Source: Squalus acanthias
Lineage: Eukaryota
Assembly: GCA_030390025.1 (NCBI GenBank)
Contig: CM059432.1
Span: 26,786,001-26,850,000, forward strand
Direction: 5' to 3'
Length of the DNA stretch: 64,000 nucleotides
Below, in pieces: positions 1 through 15,000 of this stretch (its first letter is position 1; each line of letters begins with the position of its first letter). Position numbers and translations under genes: made by a program. Below the pieces are notes generated by a model, which saw only the letters and a program-made list of their open reading frames with translations, was not told where the DNA came from and made no database searches.

Positions 1-3000
1 CAGTTAAATAGAATATTGACAGCACAGTTAAATAGAACATTGACAGACACAGTTAAATAGAACATTGACAGACACAGTTAAATAGAACATTGACAGACAC
101 AGTTAAATAGAACATTGACAGACACAGTTAAATAGAACATTGACAGACACAGTTAAATAGAACATTGACAGACACAGTTAAATAGAACATTGACAGACAC
201 AGTTAAATAGAACATTGACAGACACAGTTAAATAGAACATTGACAGACACAGTTAAATAGAACATTGACAGACACAGTTAAATAGAACATTGACAGGCAC
301 AGTTAAATAGAACATTGACAGGCACAGTTAAATAGAACATTGACAGACACAGTTAAATAGAACATTGACAGACACAGTTAAATAGAACATTGACAGACAC
401 AGTTAAATAGAACATTGACAGGCACAGTTAAATAGAACATTGACAGACACAGTTAAATAGAACATTGACAGACACAGTTAAATAGAACATTGACAGACAC
501 AGTTAAATAGAACATTGACAGACACAGTTAAATAGAACATTGACAGACACAGTTAAATAGAACATTGACAGACACAGTTAAATAGAACATTGACAGACAC
601 AGTTAAATAGAACATTGACAGAGCACAGTTAAATAGAACATTGACAGACACAGTTAAATAGAACATTGACAGACACAGTTAAATAGAACATTGACAGGCA
701 CAGTTAAATAGATCATTGACAGACACAGTTAAATAGAACATTGACAGACACAGTTAAATAGAACATTGACAAACACAGTTAAATAGAACATTGACAGGCA
801 CAGTTAAATAGAACATTGACAGACACAGTTAAATAGAACATTGACAGACACAGTTAAATAGAACATTGACAGGCACAGTTAAATAGAACATTGACAGACA
901 CAGTTAAATAGAACATTGACAGGCACAGTTAAATAGAACATTGACAGACACAGTTAAATGGATCATTGACAGGCTCTGTTAAATGAATCATTGACAGACA
1001 CAGTTAAATAGAACATTGACAGACACAGTTAAATAGAACATTGACAGACACAGTTAAATAGAACATTGACAGACACAGTTAAATAGAACATTGACAGGCA
1101 CAGTTAAATAGAACATTGACAGACACAGTTAAATAGAACATTGACAGACACAGTTAAATAGAACATTGACAGACACAGTTAAATAGAACATTGACAGACA
1201 CAGTTAAATAGAACATTGACAGACACAGTTAAATAGAACATTGACAGACACAGTTAAATAGAACATTGACAGACACAGTTAAATAGAACATTGACAGACA
1301 CAGTTAAATAGAACATTGACAGACACAGTTAAATAGAACATTGACAGACACAGTTAAATAGAACATTGACAGACACAGTTAAATAGAACATTGACAGACA
1401 CAGTTAAATAGAACATTGACAGACACAGTTAAATAGAACATTGACAGACACAGTTAAATAGAACATTGACAGACACAGTTAAATAGAACATTGACAGACA
1501 CAGTTAAATAGAACATTGACAGACACAGTTAAATAGAACATTGACAGACACAGTTAAATAGAACATTGACAGACACAGTTAAATAGAACATTGACAGACA
1601 CAGTTAAATAGAACATTGACAGACACAGTTAAATAGAACATTGACAGACACAGTTAAATAGATCATTGACAGACACAGTTAAATAGAACATTGACAGACA
1701 CAGTTAAATAGAACATTGACAGACACAGTTAAATAGAACATTGACAGACACAGTTAAATAGAACATTGACAGACACAGTTAAATAGAACATTGACAGCAC
1801 AGTTAAATAGAACATTGACAGACACAGTTAAATAGAACGATGACAGACACAGTTAAATAGAACATTGACAGACACAGTTAAATAGAACATTGACAGACAC
1901 AGTTAAATAGAACATTGACAGACACAGTTAAATAGAACATTGACAGGCACAGTTAAATAGAACATTGACAGACACAGTTAAATAGAACATTGACAGACAC
2001 AGTTAAATAGAACATTGACAGACACAGTTAAATAGAACATTGACAGACACAGTTAAATAGAACATTGACAGACACAGTTAAATAGAACATTGACAGACAC
2101 AGTTAAATAGAACATTGACAGGCACAGTTAAATAGAACATTGACAGACACAGTTAAATAGAACATTGACAGACACAGTTAAATAGAACATTGACAGGCAC
2201 AGTTAAATAGAATATTGACAGCACAGTTAAATAGAACATTGACAGACACAGTTAAATAGAACATTGACAGACACAGTTAAATAGAACATTGACAGACACA
2301 GTTAAATAGAACATTGACAGACACAGTTAAATAGAACATTGACAGACACAGTTAAATAGAACATTGACAGACACAGTTAAATAGAACATTGACAGACACA
2401 GTTAAATAGAACATTGACAGACACAGTTAAATAGAACATTGACAGACACAGTTAAATAGAACATTGACAGACACAGTTAAATAGAACATTGACAGGCACA
2501 GTTAAATGGAACATTGACAGACACAGTTAAATAGAACATTGACAGGCACAGTTAAATAGAACATTGACAGACACAGTTAAATAGAACATTGACAGACACA
2601 GTTAAATAGAACATTGACAGACACAGTTAAATAGAACATTGACAGACACAGTTAAATAGAACATTGACAGACACAGTTAAATAGAACATTGACAGGCACA
2701 GTTAAATAGAACATTGACAGACACAGTTAAATAGAACATTGACAGACACAGTTAAATAGAACATTGACAGACACAGTTAAATAGAACATTGACAGACACA
2801 GTTAAATAGAACATTGACAGACACAGTTAAATAGAACATTGACAGACACAGTTAAATAGAACATTGACAGACACAGTTAAATAGAACATTGACAGGCACA
2901 GTTAAATAGAACATTGACAGACACAGTTAAATAGAACATTGACAGGACACAGTTAAATAGAACATTGACAGACACAGTTAAATAGAACATTGACAGACAC

Positions 3001-6000
3001 AGTTAAATAGAACATTGACAGACACAGTTAAATAGAACATTGACAGACACAGTTAAATAGAACATTGACAGGCACAGTTAAATAGAACATTGACAGGCAC
3101 AGTTAAATAGAACATTGACAGCACAGTTAAATAGAACATTGACAGACACAGTTAAATAGAACATTGACAGGACACAGTTAAATAGAACATTGACAGACAC
3201 AGTTAAATAGAACATTGACAGACACAGTTAAATAGACATTGACAGGCACAGTTAAATAGAACATTGACAGGCACAGTTAATAGAACATTGACAGACACAG
3301 TTAAATAGAACATTGACAGACACAGTTAAATAGATCATTGACAGGCACAGTTAAATAGAACATTGACAGACACAGTTAAATAGATCATTGACAGACACAG
3401 TTAAATAGAACATTGACAGGCACAGTTAAATAGAACATTGACAGACACAGTTAATAGAACATTGACAGGCACAGTTAAATAGAACATTGACAGACACAGT
3501 TAAATAGAACATTGACAGACACAGTTAAATAGAACATTGACAGACACAGTTAAATAGAACATTGACAGACACAGTTAAATAGAACATTGACAGACACAGT
3601 TAAATAGAACATTGACAGACTCAGTGAAATAAAACATTGACAGACACAGTGAAATAGAACATTGACAGCCACAATTAAATAGAGCATTGATAGGCATTGT
3701 TAAATAGAATCATTGACAGGCACAGTTAAATAGAACATTGACAGACACAGTTAATAGAACATTGACAGACACAGTTAAATAGAACATTGACAGGCACAGT
3801 TAAATAGAACATTGACAGACACAGTTAATTAGAACATTGACAGACACAGTTAAATAGAACATTGACAGACACAGTTAAATAGAACATTGACAGACACAGT
3901 TAAATAGAACATTGACAGACACAGTTAAATAGAGCATTGACAGACACAGTTAACTGAATCATTGATAGACACAGTTAAATAGAACATTGACAGACACAGT
4001 TAAATAGAACATTGACAGCGCACTGTTAAATAGAACATTGAAAGACACAGTTAAATAGAACACTGACAAACACTGTTCAATAGAACATTGACAGGCACAT
4101 TTAAATAGATCATTCACAGACACAGTTAAATAGAACATTGACAGACACAGTTAAATAGAACATTGACAGACACAGTTAAATAGAACATTGACAGACACAG
4201 TTAAATAGAACATTGACAGACACAGTTAAATAGAACATTGACAGACACAGTTAAATAGAACATTGACAGACACAGTTAAATAGAACATTGACAGACACAG
4301 TTAAATAGAACATTGACAGACACAGTTAAATAGAACATTGACAGACACAGTTAAATAGAACATTGACAGACACAGTTAAATAGAACATTGACAGACACAA
4401 TTAAATAGAATATTGACAGCACAGTTAAATAGAACATTGACAGACACAGTTAAATAGAACATTGACAGACACAGTTAAATAGAACATTGACAGACACAGT
4501 TAAATAGAACATTGACAGGCACAGTTAAATAGAACATTGACAGACACAGTTAAATAGAACATTGACAGACACAGTTAAATAGAACATTGACAGACACAGT
4601 TAAATAGAACATTGACAGACACAGTTAAATAGAACATTGACAGACACAGTTAAATAGAACATTGACAGACACAGTTAAATAGAACATTGACAGACACAGT
4701 TAAATAGAACATTGACAGACACAGTTAAATAGAACATTGACAGGCACAGTTAAATAGAACATTGACAGACACAGTTAAATAGAACATTGACAGACACAGT
4801 TAAATAGAACATTGACAGACACAGTTAAATAGAACATTGACAGACACAGTTAAATAGAACATTGACAGACACAGTTAAATAGAACATTGACAGCACAGTT
4901 AAATAGAACATTGACAGACACAGTTAAATAGAACATTGACAGACACAGTTAAATAGAACATTGATATGACACAGTTAAATAGAACATTGACAGACACAGT
5001 TAAATAGAACATTGACAGACACAGTTAAATAGAACATTGACAGACACAGTTAAATAGAACATTGACAGACACAGTTAAATAGAACATTGACAGACACAGT
5101 TAAATAGAACATTGACAGACACAGTTAAATAGAACATTGACATGACACAGTTAAATAGAACATTGACAGACACAGTTAAATAGAACATTGACAGACACAG
5201 TTAAATAGAACATTGACAGACACAGTTAAATAGAACATTGACAGACACAGTTAAATAGAACATTGACAGACACAGTTAAATAGAACATTGACAGGCACAG
5301 TTAAATAGAACATTGACAGACACAGTTAAATAGAACATTGACAGACACAGTTAAATAGAACATTGACAGACACAGTTAAATAGAACATTGACAGACACAG
5401 TTAAATAGAACATTGACAGACACAGTTAAATAGAACATTGACAGACACAGTTAAATAGAACATTGACAGACACAGTTAAATAGAACATTGACAGACACAG
5501 TTAAATAGAACATTGACAGACACAGTTAAATAGAACATTGACAGACACAGTTAAATAGAACATTGACAGACACAGTTAAATAGAACATTGACAGACACAG
5601 TTAAATAGAACATTGACAGACACAGTTAAATAGAACATTGACAGACACAGTTAAATAGAACATTGACAGACACAGTTAAATAGAACATTGACAGACACAG
5701 TTAAATAGAACATTGACAGACACAGTTAAATAGAACATTGACAGACACAGTTAAATAGAACATTGACAGACACAGTTAAATAGAACATTGACAGACACAG
5801 TTAAATAGAACATTGACAGACACAGTTAAATAGAACATTGACAGACACAGTTAAATAGAACATTGACAGACACAGTTAAATAGAACATTGACAGACACAG
5901 TTAAATAGAACATTGACAGACACAGTTAAATAGAACATTGACAGACACAGTTAAATAGAACATTGACAGACACAGTTAAATAGAACATTGACAGACACAG

Positions 6001-9000
6001 TTAAATAGAACATTGACAGACACAGTTAAATAGAACATTGACAGACACAGTTAAATAGAACATTGACAGACACAGTTAAATAGAACATTGACAGGCACAG
6101 TTAAATAGAACATTGACAGACACAGTTAAATAGAACATTGACAGACACAGTTAAATAGAACATTGACAGACACAGTTAAATAGAACATTGACAGACACAG
6201 TTAAATAGAACATTGACAGACACAGTTAAATAGAACATTGACAGACACAGTTAAATAGAACATTGACAGACACAGTTAAATAGAACATTGACAGACACAG
6301 TTAAATAGAACATTGACAGACACAGTTAAATAGAACATTGACAGACACAGTTAAATAGAACATTGACAGACACAGTTAAATAGAACATTGACAGACACAG
6401 TTAAATAGAACATTGACAGACACAGTTAAATAGAACATTGACAGACACAGTTAAATAGAACATTGACAGACACAGTTAAATAGAACATTGACAGACACAG
6501 TTAAATAGAATATTGACAGCACAGTTAAATAGAACATTGACAGACACAGTTAAATAGAACATTGACAGACACAGTTAAATAGAACATTGACAGACACAGT
6601 TAAATAGAACATTGACAGACACAGTTAAATAGAACATTGACAGACACAGTTAAATAGAACATTGACAGGCACAGTTAAATAGAACATTGACAGACACAGT
6701 TAAATAGAACATTGACAGACACAGTTAAATAGAACATTGACAGACACAGTTAAATAGAACATTGACAGACACAGTTAAATAGAACATTGACAGACACAGT
6801 TAAATAGAACATTGACAGACACAGTTAAATAGAACATTGACAGGCACAGTTAAATAGAACATTGACAGACACAGTTAAATAGAACATTGACAGACACAGT
6901 TAAATAGAACATTGACAGGCACAGTTAAATAGAACATTGACAGACACAGTTAAATAGAACATTGACAGACACAGTTAAATAGAACATTGACAGACACAGT
7001 TAAATAGAACATTGACAGACACAGTTAAATAGAACATTGACAGACACAGTTAAATAGAACATTGACAGACACAGTTAAATAGAACATTGACAGACACAGT
7101 TAAATAGAACATTGACAGGCACAGTTAAATAGAACATTGACAGACACAGTTAAATAGAACATTGACAGACACAGTTAAATAGATCATTGACAGACACAGT
7201 TAAATAGAACATTGACAGACACAGTTAAATAGAACATTGACAGACACAGTTAAATAGAACATTGACAGACACAGTTAAATAGAACATTGACAGACACAGT
7301 TAAATAGAACATTGACAGACACAGTTAAATAGAACATTGACAGACACAGTTAAATAGAACATTGACAGACACAGTTAAATAGAACATTGACAGACACAGT
7401 TAAATAGAACATTGACAGACACAGTTAAATAGAACATTGACAGACACAGTTAAATAGAACATTGACAGACACAGTTAAATAGAACATTGACAGACACAGT
7501 TAAATAGAACATTGACAGACACAGTTAAATAGAACATTGACAGACACAGTTAAATAGAACATTGACAGACACAGTTAAATAGAACATTGACAGCACAGTT
7601 AAATAGAACATTGACAGACACAGTTAAATAGAACATTGACAGACACAGTTAAATAGAACATTGACAGACACAGTTAAATAGAACATTGACAGACACAGTT
7701 AAATAGAACATTGACAGACACAGTTAAATAGAACATTGACAGACACAGTTAAATAGAACATTGACAGACACAGTTAAATAGAACATTGACAGACACAGTT
7801 AAATAGAACATTGACAGACACAGTTAAATAGAACATTGACAGACACAGTTAAATAGAACATTGACAGACACAGTTAAATAGAACATTGACAGACACAGTT
7901 AAATAGAACATTGACAGACACAGTTAAATAGAACATTGACAGACACAGTTAAATAGAACATTGACAGACACAGTTAAATAGAACATTGACAGACACAGTT
8001 AAATAGAACATTGACAGACACAGTTAAATAGAACATTGACAGACACAGTTAAATAGAACATTGACAGACACAGTTAAATAGAACATTGACAGACACAGTT
8101 AAATAGAACATTGACAGACACAGTTAAATAGAACATTGACAGACACAGTTAAATAGAACATTGACAGACACAGTTAAATAGAACATTGACAGACACAGTT
8201 AAATAGAACATTGACAGACACAGTTAAATAGAACATTGACAGACACAGTTAAATAGAACATTGACAGACACAGTTAAATAGAACATTGACAGACACAGTT
8301 AAATAGAACATTGACAGACACAGTTAAATAGAACATTGACAGACACAGTTAAATAGAACATTGACAGACACAGTTAAATAGAACATTGACAGGCACAGTT
8401 AAATAGAACATTGACAGACACAGTTAAATAGAACATTGACAGACACAGTTAAATAGAACATTGACAGCACAGTTAAATAGAACATTGACAGACACAGTTA
8501 AATAGAACATTGACAGACACAGTTAAATAGAACATTGACAGACACAGTTAAATAGAACATTGACAGACACAGTTAAATAGAACATTGACAGACACAGTTA
8601 AATAGAACATTGACAGACACAGTTAAATAGAACATTGACAGACACAGTTAAATAGAACATTGACAGACACAGTTAAATAGAACATTGACAGACACAGTTA
8701 AATAGAACATTGACAGACACAGTTAAATAGAACATTGACAGACACAGTTAAATAGAACATTGACAGACACAGTTAAATAGAACATTGACAGACACAGTTA
8801 AATAGAACATTGACAGACACAGTTAAATAGAACATTGACAGACACAGTTAAATAGAACATTGACAGACACAGTTAAATAGAACATTGACAGACACAGTTA
8901 AATAGAACATTGACAGACACAGTTAAATAGAACATTGACAGACACAGTTAAATAGAACATTGACAGACACAGTTAAATAGAACATTGACAGACACAGTTA

Positions 9001-12000
9001 AATAGAACATTGACAGACACAGTTAAATAGAACATTGACAGACACAGTTAAATAGAACATTGACAGCACAGTTAAATAGAACATTGACAGACACAGTTAA
9101 ATAGAACATTGACAGACACAGTTAAATAGAACATTGACAGACACAGTTAAATAGAACATTGACAGACACAGTTAAATAGAACATTGACAGACAAAGTTAA
9201 ATAGAACATTGACAGACACAGTTAAATAGAACATTGACAGACACAGTTAAATAGAACATTGACAGACACAGTTAAATAGAACATTGACAGACACAGTTAA
9301 ATAGAACATTGACAGGCACAGTTAAATAGAACATTGACAGACACAGTTAAATAGAACATTGACAGACACAGTTAAATAGAACATTGACAGACACAGTTAA
9401 ATAGAACATTGACAGACACAGTTAAATAGAACATTGACAGACACAGTTAAATAGAACATTGACAGACACAGTTAAATAGAACATTGACAGACACAGTTAA
9501 ATAGAACATTGACAGACACAGTTAAATAGAACATTGACAGACACAGTTAAATAGAACATTGACAGACACAGTTAAATAGAACATTGACAGACACAGTTAA
9601 ATAGAACATTGACAGGCACAGTTAAATAGAACATTGACAGACACAGTTAAATAGAACATTGACAGACACAGTTAAATAGAACATTGATAGTCACAGTTAA
9701 ATAGAACATTGACAGACACAGTTAAATAGAACATTGACAGACACAGTTAAATAGAACATTGACAGGCACAGTTAAATAGAACATTGACAGACACAGTTAA
9801 ATAGAACATTGACAGACACAGTTAAATAGAACATTGACAGACACAGTTAAATAGAACATTGACAGACACAGTTAAATAGAACATTGACAGACACAGTTAA
9901 ATAGAACATTGACAGACACAGTTAAATAGAACATTGACAGACACAGTTAAATAGAACATTGACAGACACAGTTAAATAGAACATTGACAGACACAGTTAA
10001 ATAGAACATTGACAGACACAGTTAAATAGAACATTGACAGACACAGTTAAATAGAACATTGACAGACACAGTTAAATGAATCATTGACAGACACAGTTAA
10101 ATAGAACATTGACAGACACAGTTAAATAGAACATTGACAGACACAGTTAAATAGAACATTGACAGACACAGTTAAATAGAACATTGACAGACACAGTTAA
10201 ATAGAACATTGACAGACACAGTTAAATAGAACATTGACAGACACAGTTAAATAGAACATTGACAGACACAGTTAAATAGAACATTGACAGACACAGTTAA
10301 ATAGAACATTGACAGACACAGTTAAATAGAACATTGACAGACACAGTTAAATAGAACATTGACAGACACAGTTAAATAGAACATTGACAGACACAGTTAA
10401 ATAGAACATTGACAGACACAGTTAAATAGAACATTGACAGACACAGTTAAATAGAACATTGACAGACACAGTTAAATAGAACATTGACAGGCACAGTTAA
10501 ATAGAACATTGACAGACACAGTTAAATAGAACATTGACAGACACAGTTAAATAGAACATTGACAGACACAGTTAAATAGAACATTGACAGACACAGTTAA
10601 ATAGAACATTGACAGACACAGTTAAATAGAACATTGACAGACACAGTTAAATAGAACATTGACAGACACAGTTAAATAGAACATTGACAGACACAGTTAA
10701 ATAGAACATTGACAGACACAGTTAAATAGAACATTGACAGACACAGTTAAATAGAACATTGACAGACACAGTTAAATAGAACATTGACAGACACAGTTAA
10801 ATAGAACATTGACAGGCACAGTTAAATAGAACATTGACAGACACATTTAAATAGAACATTGACAGACACAGTTAAATAAAACATTGACAGGACACAGTTA
10901 AATAGAACATTGACAGGCACAGTTAAATAGAACATTGACAGCACAGTTAAATAGAACATTGACAGGCACAGTTAAATAGAACATTGACAGTCACAGTTAA
11001 ATAGAACATTGACAGACACAGTTAAATAGAACATTGACAGACACAGTTAAATAGATCATTGACAGACACAGTTAAATAGAACATTGACAGGCACAGTTAA
11101 ATAGAACATTGACAGACACAGTTAAATAGAACATTGACAGACACAGTTAAATAAAACATTGACAGACACAGTTAAATAGAACATTGACAGACACAGTTAA
11201 ATAGAACATTGACAGGACACAGTTAAATAGAACATTGACAGACACAGTTAAATAGAACATTGACAGACACAGTTAAATAGAACATTGACAGGCACAGTTA
11301 AATAGAACATTGACAGCACAGTTAAATAGAACATTGACAGACACAGTTAAATAGAACATTGACAGACACAGTTAAATAGAACATTGACAGACACAGTTAA
11401 ATAGAACATTGACAGACACAGTTAAATAGAACATTGACAGACACAGTTAAATAGAACATTGACAGACACAGTTAAATAGAACATTGACAGCACAGTTAAA
11501 TAGAACATTGACAGCACAGTTAAATAGAACATTGACAGACACAGTTAAATAGAACATTGACAGACACAGTTAAATAGAACATTGACAGACACAGTTAAAT
11601 AGAACATTGACAGGCACAGTTAAATAGAACATTGACAGACACAGTTAAATAGAACATTGACAGACACAGTTAAATAGAACATTGACAGACACAGTTAAAT
11701 AGAACATTGACAGACACAGTTAAATAGAACATTGACAGGCACAGTTAAATAGAACATTGACAGACACAGTTAAATAGAACATTGACAGACACAGTTAAAT
11801 AGAACATTGACAGACACAGTTAAATAGAACATTGACAGACACAGTTAAATAGAACATTGACAGATACTGTATAATAGAACATTGACAGACACAGTTAAAT
11901 AGAACATTGACAGACACAGTTAAATAGAACATTGACAGGCACAGTTAAATAGAACATTGACAGACACAGTTAAATAGAACATTGACAGACACAGTTAAAT

Positions 12001-15000
12001 AGAACATTGACAGACACAGTTAAATAGAACATTGACAGACACAGTTAAATAGAATATTGACAGCACAGTTAAATAGAACATTGACAGGCACAGTTAAATA
12101 GAACATTGACAGACACAGTTAAATAGAACATTGACAGACACAGTTAAATAGAACATTGACAGACACAGTTAAATAGAACATTGACAGACACAGTTAAATA
12201 GAACATTGACAGACACAGTTAAATAGAACATTGACAGCACAGTTAAATAGAACATTGACAGACACAGTTAAATAGAACATTGACAGACACAGTTAAATAG
12301 AACATTGACAGACACAGTTAAATAGAACATTGACAGACACAGTTAAATAGAACATTGACAGACACAGTTAAATAGAACATTGACAGACACAGTTAAATAG
12401 AACATTGACAGACACAGTTAAATAGAACATTGACAGACACAGTTAAATAGAACATTGACAGACACAGTTAAATAGAACATTGACAGGCACAGTTAAATAG
12501 AACATTGACAGACACAGTTAAATAGAACATTGACAGACACAGTTAAATAGAACATTGACAGACACAGTTAAATAGAACATTGACAGACACAGTTAAATAG
12601 AACATTGACAGACACAGTTAAATAGAACATTGACAGACACAGTTAAATAGAACATTGACAGACACAGTTAAATAGAACATTGACAGACACAGTTAAATAG
12701 AACATTGACAGACACAGTTAAATAGAACATTGACAGGCACAGTTAAATAGAACATTGACAGACACAGTTAAATAGAACATTGACAGACACAGTTAAATAG
12801 AACATTGACAGGCACAGTTAAATAGAACATTGACAGACACAGTTAAATAGAACATTGACAGACACAGTTAAATAGAACATTGACAGACACAGTTAAATAG
12901 AACATTGACAGACACAGTTAAATAGAACATTGACAGACACAGTTAAATAGAACATTGACAGACACAGTTAAATAGAACATTGACAGACACAGTTAAATAG
13001 AACATTGACAGGCACAGTTAAATAGAACATTGACAGACACAGTTAAATAGAACATTGACAGACACAGTTAAATAGAACATTGACAGGCACAGTTAAATAG
13101 AACATTGACAGACACAGTTAAATAGAACATTGACAGACACAGTTAAATAGAACATTGACAGACACAGTTAAATAGAATATTGACAGCACAGTTAAATAGA
13201 ACATTGACAGACACAGTTAAATAGAACATTGACAGACACAGTTAAATAGAACATTGACAGACACAGTTAAATAGAACATTGACAGACACAGTTAAATAGA
13301 ACATTGACAGACACAGTTAAATAGAACATTGACAGACACAGTTAAATAGAACATTGACAGACACAGTTAAATAGAACATTGACAGACACAGTTAAATAGA
13401 ACATTGACAGACACAGTTAAATAGAACATTGACAGACACAGTTAAATAGAACATTGACAGACACAGTTAAATAGAACATTGACAGACACAGTTAAATAGA
13501 ACATTGACAGACACAGTTAAATAGAACATTGACAGACACAGTTAAATAGAACATTGACAGGCACAGTTAAATAGAACATTGACAGACACAGTTAAATAGA
13601 ACATTGACAGACACAGTTAAATAGAACATTGACAGACACAGTTAAATAGAACATTGACAGACACAGTTAAATAGAACATTGACAGACACAGTTAAATAGA
13701 ACATTGACAGGCACAGTTAAATAGAACATTGACAGACACAGTTAAATAGAACATTGACAGGCACAGTTAAATAGAACATTGACAGACACAGTTAAATAGA
13801 ACATTGACAGACACAGTTAAATAGAACATTGACAGACACAGTTAAATAGACATTGACAGACACAGTTAAATAGAACATTGACAGACACAGTTAAATAGAA
13901 CATTGACAGACACAGTTAAATAGAACATTGACAGGCACAGTTAAATAGAACATTGACAGACACAGTTAAATAGAACATTGACAGACACAGTTAAATAGAA
14001 CATTGACAGACACAGTTAAATAGAACATTGACAGGCACAGTTAAATAGAACATTGACAGACACAGTTAAATAGAACATTGACAGACACAGTTAAATAGAA
14101 CATTGACAGACACAGTTAAATAGAACATTGACAGACACAGTTAAATAGAACATTGACAGACACAGTTAAATAGAACATTGATGGGCACAGTTAAATAGAA
14201 CAATGACAGACACAGTTAAATAGAACATTGACAGGCCCAGTTAAATAGAACATTGACAGACACTGTTAAATAGAACATTGGACAGGCACAGTTAAAGTAG
14301 AACACTGAGCAGACACCTGTTAAATAGAACATTGACAGGCACAGTTAAATAGATCATTGACGACACAGTTAAATAGACATTGACAGACACAGTTTAAATA
14401 GCGATTGACAGACACAGTGTAAATAGGAGATTTCACAGACATCAGTTAAATGTATATTGACAGACACAGTTAAATAGAACATTGACAGGCACAGTTAATA
14501 GAACATTGAAAGGCACAGTTAAATGAGAACATTGACAGACAAATAGAACATTGACAGACACAGTTAAATAAACATTGACAGACACAGTTAAATGAACATT
14601 GACAGGCACAGTTAAATAGAACATTGACAGCACATTTTAAATAGAACATTGACAGACACAGTTAAATAGAAAACATTGACAGACACAGTTAAATAGAACA
14701 TTGACAGGCACAGTTAAATAGACCTTTGACAGGCACAGTTAAATAGAACATTGACAGGCACTGTTAAATAGACATTGTCAGACACAGTTAAATAGAACAT
14801 TGACAGGCACAGTTAAGTAGAACATTGACAGGCACAGTTAAATAGAACATTGACAGGCACAGTTAAATAGAACATTGACAGACACAGTTAAATAGAACAT
14901 TGACAGGCACAGTTAAATAGAACATTGACAGGCACAGTTAAATAGAACATTGACAGGCACAGTTAAATAGAACATTGACAGACACAGTTAAATAGAACAT

